Assembly: GCF_055900595.2 (NCBI RefSeq)
Contig: NZ_CM148325.1
Strand: one strand, 5' to 3'
Length of the DNA: 64,000 nucleotides
Shown piece by piece: positions 31,764 through 43,862 of this stretch (position 1 is its first letter; every line of letters starts with the position of its first letter). The position numbers were made by a program, and so were the translations under genes. The notes below the pieces were generated by a model. It was given only the letters and a program-made list of their open reading frames with translations. It ran no database searches and was not told the origin of the DNA.

Positions 31764-31833
31764 ACCGGGCAGGACGCCTTGTTAGCAACCGGGAACAGGA
31801 CGTTCATTCAACCGTGGTCTTCGGGAGTGGGAA

Positions 31834-32718
31834 ATGAAGCCTTTTTTGCGCTGGTGTTTCGTTGCGACAGCACTTACGCTTGCAGGATGCAGTAATACTT
31901 CCTGGCGTAAAAGTGAAGTCCTCGCGGTACCATTGCAACCGACTTTGCAGCAGGAAGTGATTCTGGCACGTATGGAACAAATCCTTGCCAGTCGGGCTTT
32001 AACCGATGACGAACGCGCACAGCTTTTATATGAGCGCGGAGTGTTGTATGATAGTCTCGGTCTGAGGGCATTAGCGCGTAACGATTTTTCGCAAGCGCTG
32101 GCAATCCGACCGGATATGCCTGAAGTATTCAATTACTTAGGCATATATTTAACGCAGGCAGGCAATTTTGATGCTGCCTATGAAGCGTTTGATTCTGTAC
32201 TTGAGCTTGATCCAACTTACAACTACGCGCACTTGAATCGCGGGATCGCATTATATTACGGCGGTCGTGACAAGTTAGCGCAAGATGATCTGCTGGCGTT
32301 TTATCAAGACGATCCCAATGATCCTTTCCGTAGTCTGTGGCTTTATCTCGCCGAGCAGAAGCTCGATGAGAAGCAGGCTAAAGAAGTGTTAAAACAGCAC
32401 TTCGAAAAATCGGATAAGGAGCAGTGGGGATGGAACATTGTCGAGTTCTACCTGGGCAACATTAGCGAACAAACGTTAATGGAAAGGCTCAAGGCGGACG
32501 CAACGGATAACACCTCGCTCGCTGAGCATCTCAGTGAAACCAACTTCTATTTAGGTAAGTACTACCTAAGTCTGGGGGATTTGGACAGCGCCACGGCACT
32601 GTTCAAACTGGCGGTTGCCAACAACGTTCATAACTTTGTTGAGCACCGATACGCATTGTTGGAATTATCGCTCCTGGGCCAGGACCAAGATGACCTGGCA
32701 GAATCGGACCAGCAATAG
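31834..32718 (+). CDS. nlpI: TPR-repeat outer membrane lipoprotein NlpI
   Basis: 294 aa ORF with lipobox LTLAGCS. Confidence 0.95.
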
Positions 32719-32824
32719 CTGACGTACACATCAGCCCGTAATCTTTTTTGATTGCCATCACCTTAACGGGTGAGGGCGTTGTTGTTCGTTAATACACCTA
32801 CTTTGAGCCGGTTCACACTTTTCA

Positions 32825-32905
32825 ATGAAAATTGCTGATCAATTTCATGATGAGTTATGTAGACTGGCCGCCATTAATTTTGAGGCACACGTACTACATG
32901 GCTGA
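32825..32905 (+). CDS. yrbN: Small protein YrbN (26 aa) overlapping the deaD start
   Basis: ATG at 32825 gives [26 protein letters not shown], stop TGA at 32903-32905; recalled as the annotated small ORF upstream of deaD. Confidence 0.5.
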
Positions 32906-34787
32906 ATTCGAAACCACTTTTGCAGATCTGGGCCTGAAGGCTCCTATCCTTGAAGCCCTTAACGATCTGGGTTACGAAAAACCATCTCCAATTCAGGCAG
33001 AGTGTATTCCACATCTGCTGAATGGCCGCGACGTTCTGGGTATGGCCCAGACGGGGAGCGGAAAAACGGCAGCATTCTCTTTACCTCTGCTGCAAAATCT
33101 TGATCCTGAGCTGAAAGCACCACAGATTCTGGTGCTGGCACCGACCCGCGAACTGGCGGTACAGGTTGCTGAGGCAATGACGGATTTCTCTAAACACATG
33201 CGCGGCGTAAACGTGGTTGCCCTGTACGGCGGCCAGCGTTATGACGTGCAATTACGCGCCCTGCGTCAGGGGCCGCAGATCGTTGTCGGTACTCCAGGCC
33301 GTCTGCTGGACCACCTGAAACGTGGCACTCTGGACCTCTCTAAACTGAGCGGTCTGGTTCTGGATGAAGCTGACGAAATGCTGCGCATGGGCTTCATCGA
33401 AGACGTTGAAACCATTATGGCGCAGATCCCGGAAGGTCATCAGACCGCTCTGTTCTCTGCAACTATGCCGGAAGCGATTCGTCGCATTACCCGCCGCTTT
33501 ATGAAAGAGCCGCAGGAAGTACGCATTCAGTCCAGCGTGACTACCCGTCCTGACATCAGCCAGAGCTACTGGACTGTGTGGGGGATGCGTAAAAACGAAG
33601 CGCTGGTACGTTTCCTGGAAGCGGAAGATTTTGATGCGGCGATTATCTTCGTTCGTACTAAAAACGCGACTTTGGAAGTGGCAGAAGCTCTTGAGCGTAA
33701 CGGCTACAACAGCGCTGCACTGAACGGTGACATGAACCAGGCGCTGCGTGAGCAGACTCTGGAACGCCTGAAAGATGGTCGTCTGGATATCCTGATTGCG
33801 ACCGACGTTGCGGCCCGTGGCCTGGACGTTGAGCGTATCAGCCTGGTAGTTAACTACGATATCCCGATGGATTCCGAGTCTTACGTTCACCGTATTGGTC
33901 GTACAGGCCGTGCGGGGCGTGCTGGTCGTGCGCTGCTGTTCGTTGAGAACCGCGAGCGTCGTCTGCTGCGCAACATTGAACGCACTATGAAGCTGACCAT
34001 TCCGGAAGTAGAACTGCCGAACGCAGAGCTGCTGGGCAAACGCCGTCTGGAAAAATTCGCCGCTAAAGTACAGCAGCAGCTGGAAAGCAGCGATCTGGAT
34101 CAATACCGTGCACTGCTGAGCAAAATTCAGCCGACTGCAGAAGGTGAAGAGCTGGATCTCGAAACTCTGGCAGCCGCACTGCTGAAAATGGCACAGGGTG
34201 AACGTACTCTGATCGTGCCGCCAGATGCGCCGATGCGTCCGAAACGTGAATTCCGTGACCGTGATGACCGTGGTCCGCGCGATCGTAACGACCGTGGCCC
34301 GCGTGGCGACCGTGAAGATCGTCCACGTCGTGAACGTCGTGATGTTGGCGATATGCAGCTGTACCGTATTGAAGTGGGCCGCGATGATGGTGTTGAAGTT
34401 CGTCATATCGTTGGCGCGATTGCTAACGAAGGTGACATCAGCAGCCGTTACATCGGTAACATCAAGCTGTTTGCTTCTCACTCCACCATCGAACTGCCGA
34501 AAGGTATGCCGGGTGAAGTGCTGCAACACTTTACGCGTACTCGCATTCTCAACAAGCCGATGAACATGCAGTTACTGGGCGATGCACAGCCGCATACTGG
34601 CGGTGAGCGTCGTGGCGGTGGTCGTGGTTTCGGTGGCGAACGTCGTGAAGGCGGTCGTAACTTCAGCGGTGAACGCCGTGAAGGTGGTCGTGGTGATGGT
34701 CGTCGTTTCAGCGGCGAACGTCGTGAAGGCCGCGCGCCGCGTCGTGATGACTCTACTGGTCGTCGTCGTTTCGGTGGTGATGCGTAA
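32898..34787 (+). CDS. deaD: Cold-shock DEAD-box ATP-dependent RNA helicase DeaD (CsdA)
   Basis: ATG at 32898 gives [16 protein letters not shown]..., 629 aa; motifs [25 protein letters not shown]; RGG-rich C-terminus. Confidence 0.9.
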
Positions 34788-34826
34788 TTCGCTGACCCGC
34801 AGAACTCTGCCGTAAAGTAAAATATA

Positions 34827-34858
34827 CAGCCCCGATTTTAACAATCGGGGCTTTTTTT
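34827..34858 (+). terminator. deaD intrinsic terminator
   Basis: cagccccgatt-ttaacaa-tcggggcttttttt. Confidence 0.65.
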
Positions 34859-34867
34859 CTGTCTTTT

Positions 34868-34888
34868 GTACTCGTGTACTGGTACAGT
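34868..34888 (+). promoter_or_regulatory. Candidate TrpR operator in the mtr promoter
   Basis: gtactcgtgtactggtacagt contains repeated ACTNGT/GTAC half-sites like trp operators; about 50 bp upstream of mtr. Confidence 0.4.
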
Positions 34889-34938
34889 GCAATGCATAAC
34901 AACGCAGTCGCACTATTTTTCACTGGAGAGAAGCCCTC

Positions 34939-36183
34939 ATGGCAACACTAACCACCACCCAAACGTCACCGTCGCTGCTTGGCGGCGTGGTGATTATCGG
35001 CGGCACCATTATTGGCGCAGGGATGTTTTCTCTGCCAGTGGTCATGTCCGGGGCGTGGTTCTTCTGGTCAATGGCGGCGCTGATCTTTACCTGGTTCTGT
35101 ATGCTGCATTCCGGCTTGATGATTCTGGAAGCTAACCTGAATTATCGAATCGGTTCGAGTTTTGACACCATAACCAAAGATTTGCTAGGCAAAGGCTGGA
35201 ACGTGGTCAACGGCATTTCCATTGCCTTTGTGCTCTACATCCTGACTTACGCCTATATTTCTGCCAGCGGTTCGATTCTGTATCACACCTTCGCGGAGAT
35301 GTCGCTGAATGTTCCGGCACGAGCTGCAGGTTTTGGTTTTGCGCTACTGGTGGCGTTTGTGGTGTGGTTGAGCACCAAAGCCGTCAGCCGGATGACGGCG
35401 ATTGTGCTTGGGGCGAAAGTTATTACCTTCTTCCTCACTTTCGGCAGTTTGCTGGGGCATGTGCAGCCTGCGACATTGTTTAACGTCGCGGAAAGCAATG
35501 CGTCTTATGCACCGTATCTGTTGATGACCCTACCGTTCTGTCTGGCCTCATTTGGTTATCACGGTAACGTGCCGAGCCTGATGAAGTATTACGGCAAAGA
35601 TCCGAAAACTATCGTGAAATGCCTGGTCTACGGTACGCTGATGGCGCTGGCGCTGTATACCATCTGGTTGCTGGCGACGATGGGCAACATCCCTCGTCCG
35701 GAGTTTATCGGCATCGCCGAGAAGGGCGGTAATATTGATGTGCTGGTACAGGCGTTAAGCGGCGTGCTGAACAGCCGTAGTCTGGATCTGCTGCTGGTCG
35801 TGTTCTCAAACTTTGCGGTAGCGAGTTCGTTCCTCGGTGTTACGCTGGGTTTGTTTGACTATCTGGCAGATCTGTTTGGTTTCGATGACTCGGCTATGGG
35901 CCGCTTGAAAACGGCACTGTTGACCTTCGCACCGCCTGTTGTGGGTGGTTTGCTGTTCCCGAACGGATTCCTGTACGCCATTGGTTATGCTGGCTTAGCG
36001 GCTACCATCTGGGCGGCAATCGTTCCGGCGCTGCTGGCCCGCGCATCGCGTAAACGCTTTGGCAGCCCTAAATTCCGTGTCTGGGGCGGCAAGCCGATGA
36101 TTGCACTGATTCTGGTGTTTGGTGTTGGCAACGCACTGGTGCATATTTTATCGAGCTTTAATTTGCTGCCGGTGTATCAGTAA
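34939..36183 (+). CDS. mtr: Tryptophan-specific permease Mtr
   Basis: 414 aa polytopic [36 protein letters not shown]... Confidence 0.95.
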   Translation: MATLTTTQTSPSLLGGVVIIGGTIIGAGMFSLPVVMSGAWFFWSMAALIFTWFCMLHSGLMILEANLNYRIGSSFDTITKDLLGKGWNVVNGISIAFVLYILTYAYISASGSILYHTFAEMSLNVPARAAGFGFALLVAFVVWLSTKAVSRMTAIVLGAKVITFFLTFGSLLGHVQPATLFNVAESNASYAPYLLMTLPFCLASFGYHGNVPSLMKYYGKDPKTIVKCLVYGTLMALALYTIWLLATMGNIPRPEFIGIAEKGGNIDVLVQALSGVLNSRSLDLLLVVFSNFAVASSFLGVTLGLFDYLADLFGFDDSAMGRLKTALLTFAPPVVGGLLFPNGFLYAIGYAGLAATIWAAIVPALLARASRKRFGSPKFRVWGGKPMIALILVFGVGNALVHILSSFNLLPVYQ

Positions 36184-36189
36184 TTAGCG

Positions 36190-36300
36190 GTGCCTTATCC
36201 GACATTTCTGCTGCCTACACAATGCCTGATGTGCTTCGCTTATCAGGCCTACGTAGGACAGCGTTGCCAGCTCGGATAAGGCTTCCCACGTTAAAACACA
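36190..36300. repeat. REP elements between mtr and yhbW
   Basis: gccttatccgacatttctgctgcctac...gcttatcaggcctacgtagg...gctcggataaggc REP-type palindromes. Confidence 0.5.
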
Positions 36301-37308
36301 CTATCCCAGTAACTCTTCCTTAACATCCATCGCCAGCTCAAACGAATGCAGGCGCGCCTGGTGATCGAAAATCTGCCCGTTAACCATAATCTCATCCGCG
36401 TCGGTTTCGCGCAGGATCGACTGCAAACCATGACGCACTTTCGCTTTATCACCCACCAGCGACATACTCAGCGCCTGCTGCACGCCATACTGCTCAGACG
36501 GTGACCAGAACTGATCCATATTTTGAATCGGTGGCGGCAGTTGCCCGGTTTCACCGCGGCGCAGCTTCACAAAGGCTTGCTGCATCGAGGTAAACAGGAA
36601 TTCGGCGTCGCGGTTGCTGTCGGCGGCGATAATATTGATGCACACCATCGCGTACGGTTTCTCCAGCCGCGCCGACGGTTTGAAGTTACTGCGATAAAGA
36701 TGCAGTGCCTGGAATAGCATATCCGGTGCGAAGTGTGAGGCAAACGCGAACGGCAGACCAAGCTGCGCCGCCAGTTGTGCACTGTAAAGGCTGGAGCCTA
36801 ATAACCACACGGGGATTTTCTCGCCATAGCCCGGTACAGGGCGCACATGCGGATTGGGATCACGGGCGTCAAACCAGTCCACCAGCTCCGCGACATCGCG
36901 GGGGAAATTATCAATATCGCCGCTCATATGGCGACGTAGTGCCATCATGGTTCGCTGGTCACTACCCGGAGCACGGCCCAGCCCCAAATCGATTCGCCCC
37001 GGATAGAGCGTATTGAGCGTACCGAACTGTTCGGCAATCACCAACGGTGAGTGGTTTGGTAACATCACGCCGCCAGACCCCAGATGCAGCGTGGTGGTAT
37101 TTGCCGCCAGATAGCCAATCAATACTGATGTTGCAGCACTGGCAATGCCGGTCATATTGTGGTGTTCCGCCAGCCAGTAGCGATGATAGCCGCGCTTTTC
37201 AGCCAGACGGGCGAGATCGAGAGAGTGGGAGAACGCTTCTCGCGCTGAAGAGCCTTCGGGGATGGGGGCCAGATCGAGTAGCGAAAACGCAATGGTTTTA
37301 TCAGTCAT
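36301..37308 (-). CDS. yhbW: Luciferase-like (LLM-class) flavin-dependent monooxygenase YhbW
   Basis: 335 aa [29 protein letters not shown]... Confidence 0.9.
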   Translation of the reverse strand: MTDKTIAFSLLDLAPIPEGSSAREAFSHSLDLARLAEKRGYHRYWLAEHHNMTGIASAATSVLIGYLAANTTTLHLGSGGVMLPNHSPLVIAEQFGTLNTLYPGRIDLGLGRAPGSDQRTMMALRRHMSGDIDNFPRDVAELVDWFDARDPNPHVRPVPGYGEKIPVWLLGSSLYSAQLAAQLGLPFAFASHFAPDMLFQALHLYRSNFKPSARLEKPYAMVCINIIAADSNRDAEFLFTSMQQAFVKLRRGETGQLPPPIQNMDQFWSPSEQYGVQQALSMSLVGDKAKVRHGLQSILRETDADEIMVNGQIFDHQARLHSFELAMDVKEELLG

Positions 37309-37388
37309 AACAGCTCACTTTGTTACCGATTAATCTTTAATACTGCATTAAAGAGTAGTTAAAGTTGTTAACAAAGTGAGCTATTTGC

Positions 37389-38267
37389 TTAGGCTTGCAG
37401 TTCCAGCCCAGCCAGCCGTCTCCAGTAGCCGTTACAGTCGCTGTTTGCCGTCAACGGGAGTGGTGCAGCGCCATTTTCATTAGCGCGGAAGGCGTCGAGC
37501 ATAGCGAAAGTGTCAGTACCCTGCGGTGACAGGCGGACCACATCAACCAGCCCCTGCATGGATGCCAGCTCGTTACCGAGGTTGTACACGTAGCCGCTCA
37601 TGGTCTGAATGCCATTGAGCACAAACACTTGTTGGTTTTCCTGCGACAGCACGTTGCGCCCGTTCGGATACTTAATGCAGCAGGTTTCACACTCATCTTT
37701 TGGGCGGTCTTCCGAACGCGCGGTAAAGCAGCGGGCGGAGTAGGCCAGCGGCAGATGACCGTAGCTCAAGACTTCCACTTCAAACTGGTTGCGAATGCCC
37801 AGCTCATCGCACTGATTAAGCAGATTCACCAGCCAGTCGCGGGAAAGTTCCACCGGCATACACCAGCGCATCATGCCCTGTTTGAGTAATATTTTCAGCG
37901 TCACCGCGTTGTAGCAGTTCAGCGCGTGTCCGGCGACGAACGGCAGTTTGCGCTCAGCGCACATATTCACCACGCCAAGATCGCTGGCTTCAATCAGAAA
38001 CTCACCGTTCTCAACATAGCGTTTCAGTTCGCCCAGTTCGGAGGATGCCTGCACCAGCGCCAGCGTGGAGAGCACAATCTGCTTGCCACTTCCGGCGAGC
38101 GATTTTGCCATCTCCAGCCAGTCGCCAACTTTGGTTGCCCGGCGTTTGCTACAGACCGCTTCACCGAGATAAATCACGTCTGCGCTGCTGGCGGCGGCCT
38201 GCTGATAAAAATCTTCCAGCGTCTCTTTTGGCCAGTACCACAGCACCGGCCCTAAGGAATATTTCAT
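37389..38267 (-). CDS. ubiV: U32-peptidase-family protein UbiV (YhbV), O2-independent ubiquinone biosynthesis
   Basis: ATG at 38267 gives MKYSLGPVLWYWPKETLEDFY..., 292 aa. Confidence 0.85.
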   Translation of the reverse strand: MKYSLGPVLWYWPKETLEDFYQQAAASSADVIYLGEAVCSKRRATKVGDWLEMAKSLAGSGKQIVLSTLALVQASSELGELKRYVENGEFLIEASDLGVVNMCAERKLPFVAGHALNCYNAVTLKILLKQGMMRWCMPVELSRDWLVNLLNQCDELGIRNQFEVEVLSYGHLPLAYSARCFTARSEDRPKDECETCCIKYPNGRNVLSQENQQVFVLNGIQTMSGYVYNLGNELASMQGLVDVVRLSPQGTDTFAMLDAFRANENGAAPLPLTANSDCNGYWRRLAGLELQA

Positions 38268-38275
38268 TGCTCTTC

Positions 38276-39271
38276 TCACTGCCATTTACGGTGATACGCG
38301 CCAAGAGTGGTTTGCGTGCCTTCGGACATCGACCCGAGCGTCTCCATCCACGCGCTTTGTGGTACGAAGTTTTGCGGATCGGCCTTACAACGGTCGATAG
38401 CCTGACGCCAGACTTTTGCCACCTGGCTGACATACGCCGGGCTACGCTGGCGGCCTTCAATTTTCACCGAAGCGATATTCGCCGCCATTAACTCCGGCAG
38501 TAGCTCAAGGGTATTGAGACTGGTTGGTTCTTCCAGCGCGTGATAGCGCTCGCCGTCCACCAGATAACGCCCTTTACACAGTGTCGGATAACCTGCGTTT
38601 TCGCCGTCCTGATAACGGTCGATCAGCACTTCGTTCAGGCGAGATTCCAGCCCCTGCGGCGTTTGCTGCCAGCGCACGAAACGGGCCGGAGAACATGCCC
38701 CCACGGTGTTGGGCGACTCACCCGTCAGATACGACGACAGATAGCAACGACCTTCCGACATAATGCACAGACTGCCGAAAGCGAACACTTCCAGCGGTAC
38801 AGGCGTGACCCGCGCCAGTTGTTTCACCTGATGAATCGACAACACGCGCGGCAGCACCACGCGGGCAACGTCAAAATGGCGATGATAAAAGTGAATCGCC
38901 TCTTCATTGGTTGCTGAAGCCTGCACTGACACATGACGTTCAATATGCGGGTATCGCTGGGCGGCGTACTCCAGCATGGCGAGGTCGGCGAGAATCAGCG
39001 CATCGGCACCCAACTGCGCCGCCATATCCACGGCGCGCTGCCAGCGGGCGTAACCGTCCGGATGCGCAAAAGTGTTAATCGCGATGTGAAGTTTGCGGCG
39101 ATGTTGATGGACAAAACTCACCGCTTCCTGCAATTTTTTCTCGGTAAAGTTAAGGCCGGCGAAGTGACGGGCATTGGTATCATCTTTTAGCCCGATATAA
39201 ACAGCATCTGCGCCGTTTTCGATGGCCGCCTTAAGCGCCGGGAGATTTCCGGCAGGGCAGAGCAGCTCCAT
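38276..39271 (-). CDS. ubiU: U32-peptidase-family protein UbiU (YhbU), O2-independent ubiquinone biosynthesis
   Basis: ATG at 39271 gives MELLCPAGNLPALKAAIENGADAVY..., 331 aa. Confidence 0.85.
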   Translation of the reverse strand: MELLCPAGNLPALKAAIENGADAVYIGLKDDTNARHFAGLNFTEKKLQEAVSFVHQHRRKLHIAINTFAHPDGYARWQRAVDMAAQLGADALILADLAMLEYAAQRYPHIERHVSVQASATNEEAIHFYHRHFDVARVVLPRVLSIHQVKQLARVTPVPLEVFAFGSLCIMSEGRCYLSSYLTGESPNTVGACSPARFVRWQQTPQGLESRLNEVLIDRYQDGENAGYPTLCKGRYLVDGERYHALEEPTSLNTLELLPELMAANIASVKIEGRQRSPAYVSQVAKVWRQAIDRCKADPQNFVPQSAWMETLGSMSEGTQTTLGAYHRKWQ

Positions 39272-39479
39272 AATTTTTCCTGAAGGGTGCGCTATCAAAA
39301 CGCAAAAATGTTAACGAACTGGGATTTTAGTTAACCTTGCAGCGACAATTTTTGATTTAAGGCAGTTAAAGTTGTATTGGTGGTAGCAGCAATTTCATAT
39401 GGAATTGTTGATTTATACCGCTATGTTATTTTTCTGATATGGCAAAATAGGATGATTGTTGAAACAGGGAGTAAAACTC

Positions 39480-40004
39480 GTGTTGGATAAACTGCGTTCC
39501 CGTATTGTGCATTTGGGGCCATCTCTGTTGAGTGTACCGGTAAAACTGACGCCATTTGCGCTAAAACGCCAGGTTCTTGAGCAGGTCTTAAGCTGGCAAT
39601 TCCGCCAGGCGCTGGATGATGGCGAGCTGGAGTTTCTTGAAGGGCGCCGGTTAAGTATTCATGTGCGTGATATTGACCTGCAATGGTTTACCTCGGTGGT
39701 GAATGGCAAACTGGTCGTTAGCCAGAACGCGCAAGCTGATGTGAGTTTTAGTGCCGACGCCAGCGATCTGCTGATGATTGCGGCGCGTAAACAAGATCCG
39801 GACACGCTCTTCTTCCAGCGTCGGCTGGTGATTGAAGGCGATACGGAGCTGGGGCTGTATGTGAAAAACCTGATGGACGCCATTGAACTGGAGCAAATGC
39901 CGAAAGCCTTACGCATGATGCTGCTGCAACTGGCGGATTTTGTTGAGGCGGGAATGAAAACCGCGCCTGAAACCAAACAGACATCGGTAGGTGAACCATG
40001 CTAA
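39480..40004 (+). CDS. ubiT: SCP2-domain protein UbiT (YhbT)
   Basis: GTG at 39480 gives MLDKLRSRIVHLGPSLL..., 174 aa; divergent from ubiUV; start codon choice uncertain. Confidence 0.8.
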   Translation: MLDKLRSRIVHLGPSLLSVPVKLTPFALKRQVLEQVLSWQFRQALDDGELEFLEGRRLSIHVRDIDLQWFTSVVNGKLVVSQNAQADVSFSADASDLLMIAARKQDPDTLFFQRRLVIEGDTELGLYVKNLMDAIELEQMPKALRMMLLQLADFVEAGMKTAPETKQTSVGEPC

Positions 40005-40501
40005 TTCGAGTAGAAATTCCCATTGATGCGCCGGGTATTGATGCCCTGCTGCGTCGTTCATTCGAAAGTGATGCGGAAGCGAAGCTGGTTCACGATCTGC
40101 GTGAAGATGGCTTTCTGACGCTGGGGCTGGTGGCGACAGATGACGAAGGTCAGGTCATTGGCTATGTGGCATTCAGTCCGGTTGATGTGCAGGGCGAAGA
40201 CCTGCAATGGGTCGGCATGGCACCGCTGGCGGTAGATGAAAAATACCGTGGACAGGGGCTGGCACGCCAACTGGTCTATGAAGGACTCGATTCGCTTAAT
40301 GAGTTCGGCTATGCCGCAGTGGTGACGCTGGGCGATCCGGCGCTGTACAGTCGTTTCGGCTTTGAGCTGGCGGCGCATCACGATCTGCGTTGCCGCTGGC
40401 CGGGCACTGAAAGCGCCTTCCAGGTACATCGTTTAGCGGATGACGCGCTGAACGGCGTAACCGGTCTGGTTGAGTATCACGAGCACTTCAATCGCTTTTA
40501 A
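39998..40501 (+). CDS. yhbS: GNAT-family N-acetyltransferase YhbS
   Basis: 167 aa ORF overlapping ubiT stop. Confidence 0.9.
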   Translation: MLIRVEIPIDAPGIDALLRRSFESDAEAKLVHDLREDGFLTLGLVATDDEGQVIGYVAFSPVDVQGEDLQWVGMAPLAVDEKYRGQGLARQLVYEGLDSLNEFGYAAVVTLGDPALYSRFGFELAAHHDLRCRWPGTESAFQVHRLADDALNGVTGLVEYHEHFNRF

Positions 40502-40790
40502 TCTTTGGGGTTTGCAGGCTGCTTATCAGCTCTGCAAACCCTGAGCCTTCCGCTACCAGACGTTCTTTTTGCCGTTTGGTCAGTTGTTTAACGCGATATT
40601 CCGCCCGTAGTGCCAGCGAACGGTCGCCCACTGGCGCGGAAAATGCCAGCGTCAGTTCACCTTTCCCACGCAGTGCTTTTGCGCCTTTGCCGCTTTGATG
40701 TTGCTGATAGCGGCGTTCGACATCCGTGGTGATCCCGGTATAAAGCTTATTGTCGGCGGTACGGATCAAGTAAAGAAACCAGGGTGTCAT
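40488..40790 (-). CDS. yhbQ: GIY-YIG nuclease superfamily protein YhbQ
   Basis: ATG at 40790 gives [27 protein letters not shown]..., 100 aa. Confidence 0.85.
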   Translation of the reverse strand: MTPWFLYLIRTADNKLYTGITTDVERRYQQHQSGKGAKALRGKGELTLAFSAPVGDRSLALRAEYRVKQLTKRQKERLVAEGSGFAELISSLQTPKIKSD

Positions 40791-40840
40791 CGTCTGCGTC
40801 ACATGTTAAGGTCAGGCCCACAGTATAAAAGAGAACAGCT

Positions 40841-41263
40841 ATGGAAACACTCACCGCCATCAGCCGTTGGCTGGCAAAACAACATGTTGTCACTTGGTGT
40901 GTGCAGCAGGAAGGGGAATTGTGGTGCGCCAATGCCTTTTATCTTTTTGATGCACAGAAAGTTGCCTTCTACATTTTGACGGAGGAAAAAACGCGTCACG
41001 CGCAGATGAGTGGGCCGCAGGCGGCAGTTGCTGGAACGGTAAACGGTCAGCCGAAAACGGTAGCGTTAATTCGCGGCGTGCAGTTTAAAGGTGAGATCCG
41101 CAGACTGGAAGGTGAGGAAAGCGACTTTGCGCGCAAGGCGTATAATCGTCGCTTTCCGGTTGCCAGAATGCTGTCGGCGCCGGTGTGGGAAATCCGGCTT
41201 GATGAAATCAAATTCACTGACAACACGCTGGGCTTTGGTAAAAAAATGATTTGGCTACGTAGC

Positions 41264-41284
<21 letters not shown>
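40841..41284 (+). CDS. yhbP: UPF0306 protein YhbP
   Basis: 147 aa ORF; 3' end overlaps yhbO 3' end by 21 bp. Confidence 0.85.
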
Positions 41285-41820
<536 letters not shown>

Positions 41821-41821
41821 T

Positions 41822-41872
<51 letters not shown>

Positions 41873-41899
41873 GGGAGCGCAAGGCAGACAATTCTGTAA

Positions 41900-42545
<646 letters not shown>

Positions 42546-42617
42546 TTATTCCCAAGAATTGATAGTGAGCGTAATATTCACGCGCTTAATTATCATAATT
42601 TATTCCTGGGGAATGCT

Positions 42618-43658
42618 ATGACTGGTCAGTCTTCATCTCAGGCGGCAACGCCCATTCAGTGGTGGAAACCCGCGCTTTTCTTTCTCGTTGTCATTGCCGG
42701 ACTTTGGTATGTGAAATGGCAACCTTACTACGGTAAAGCCTTTACTGCCGCCGAAACTCACAGTATCGGTAAATCTATCCTTGCGCAGGCGGATGCTAAT
42801 CCGTGGCAAGCTGCGTGGGACTACGCGATGGTCTATTTCCTCGCGGTATGGAAAGCGGCGGTACTGGGGGTGATCCTCGGGTCGTTGATTCAGGTGCTGA
42901 TCCCTCGTGACTGGCTGCTACGCACGCTGGGGCAATCGCGCTTTCGCGGCACGCTGCTGGGAACGCTGTTTTCGCTGCCGGGCATGATGTGTACTTGCTG
43001 TGCGGCACCGGTCGCGGCGGGGATGCGTCGCCAACAGGTGTCGATGGGCGGGGCGCTGGCATTCTGGATGGGCAATCCGTTGTTAAACCCGGCGACGCTG
43101 GTGTTTATGGGTTTTGTCCTCGGCTGGGGCTTTGCGGCGATTCGTCTGGTGGCGGGACTGGTGATGGTGTTGCTGATTGCGACCCTGGTGCAAAAATGGG
43201 TGCGTGAAACACCGCAAACACAGGCACCGGTCGAAATTGACATGCCGGAAGTGCAGGGCGGATTCTTTAGCCGCTGGGGTAGGGCGCTATGGACGCTTTT
43301 CTGGAGTACGATCCCGGTATATATCCTTGCCGTACTGGCGTTGGGTGCCGCTCGCGTCTGGTTATTCCCCCATGCCGATGGTGCTGTCGATAACAGCCTG
43401 ATGTGGGTGATTGCGATGGCGGTAGCGGGATGCTTGTTTGTCATTCCCACGGCAGCAGAAATTCCGATTGTACAAACGATGATGCTGGCAGGTATGGGAA
43501 CCGCTCCGGCGCTGGCATTGTTGATGACGCTTCCTGCTGTAAGTTTGCCGTCGCTGATAATGTTGCGTAAAGCGTTCCCGGCGAAAGCCTTATGGCTGAC
43601 GGGTGCGATGGTGGCGGTGTCTGGTGTGATTGTCGGCGGGCTGGCGCTGTTGTTCTGA
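42618..43658 (+). CDS. yraQ: Permease-family inner membrane protein YraQ
   Basis: 346 aa polytopic ORF. Confidence 0.9.
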   Translation: MTGQSSSQAATPIQWWKPALFFLVVIAGLWYVKWQPYYGKAFTAAETHSIGKSILAQADANPWQAAWDYAMVYFLAVWKAAVLGVILGSLIQVLIPRDWLLRTLGQSRFRGTLLGTLFSLPGMMCTCCAAPVAAGMRRQQVSMGGALAFWMGNPLLNPATLVFMGFVLGWGFAAIRLVAGLVMVLLIATLVQKWVRETPQTQAPVEIDMPEVQGGFFSRWGRALWTLFWSTIPVYILAVLALGAARVWLFPHADGAVDNSLMWVIAMAVAGCLFVIPTAAEIPIVQTMMLAGMGTAPALALLMTLPAVSLPSLIMLRKAFPAKALWLTGAMVAVSGVIVGGLALLF

Positions 43659-43673
43659 TTTGAGGGAAAACAT

Positions 43674-43848
43674 GTCGGATGCGGCGTAAACGCCTTATCC
43701 GACCTACGGTTTGCATCGTTGTAGGCCTGATAAGACGCGGCAAGCGTCGCATCAGGCAACGGCAGTCGGATGCGGCGCAGGCGCCTTATCCGACCTACGG
43801 TTTGCATCGTTGCAGGCCTGATAAGACGCGGCAAGCGTCGCATCAGGC
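43674..43848. repeat. Tandem BIME: two near-identical 84-bp REP-pair units at 91-bp period
   Basis: Unit 1 43674-43757 and unit 2 43765-43848, each gtcggatgcggcg...gccttatccgacctacggtttgcatcgttg.aggcctgataagacgcggcaagcgtcgcatcaggc. Confidence 0.7.
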
Positions 43849-43862
43849 ATTACAAGGCGTTG

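Noticed and set aside
43674-43848. Possible CRISPR array or mobile-element terminal repeat
   Set aside because: Only two units, each itself an inverted REP palindrome of the standard E. coli REP sequence, with no unique spacers, no cas genes and no transposase; it is a BIME.
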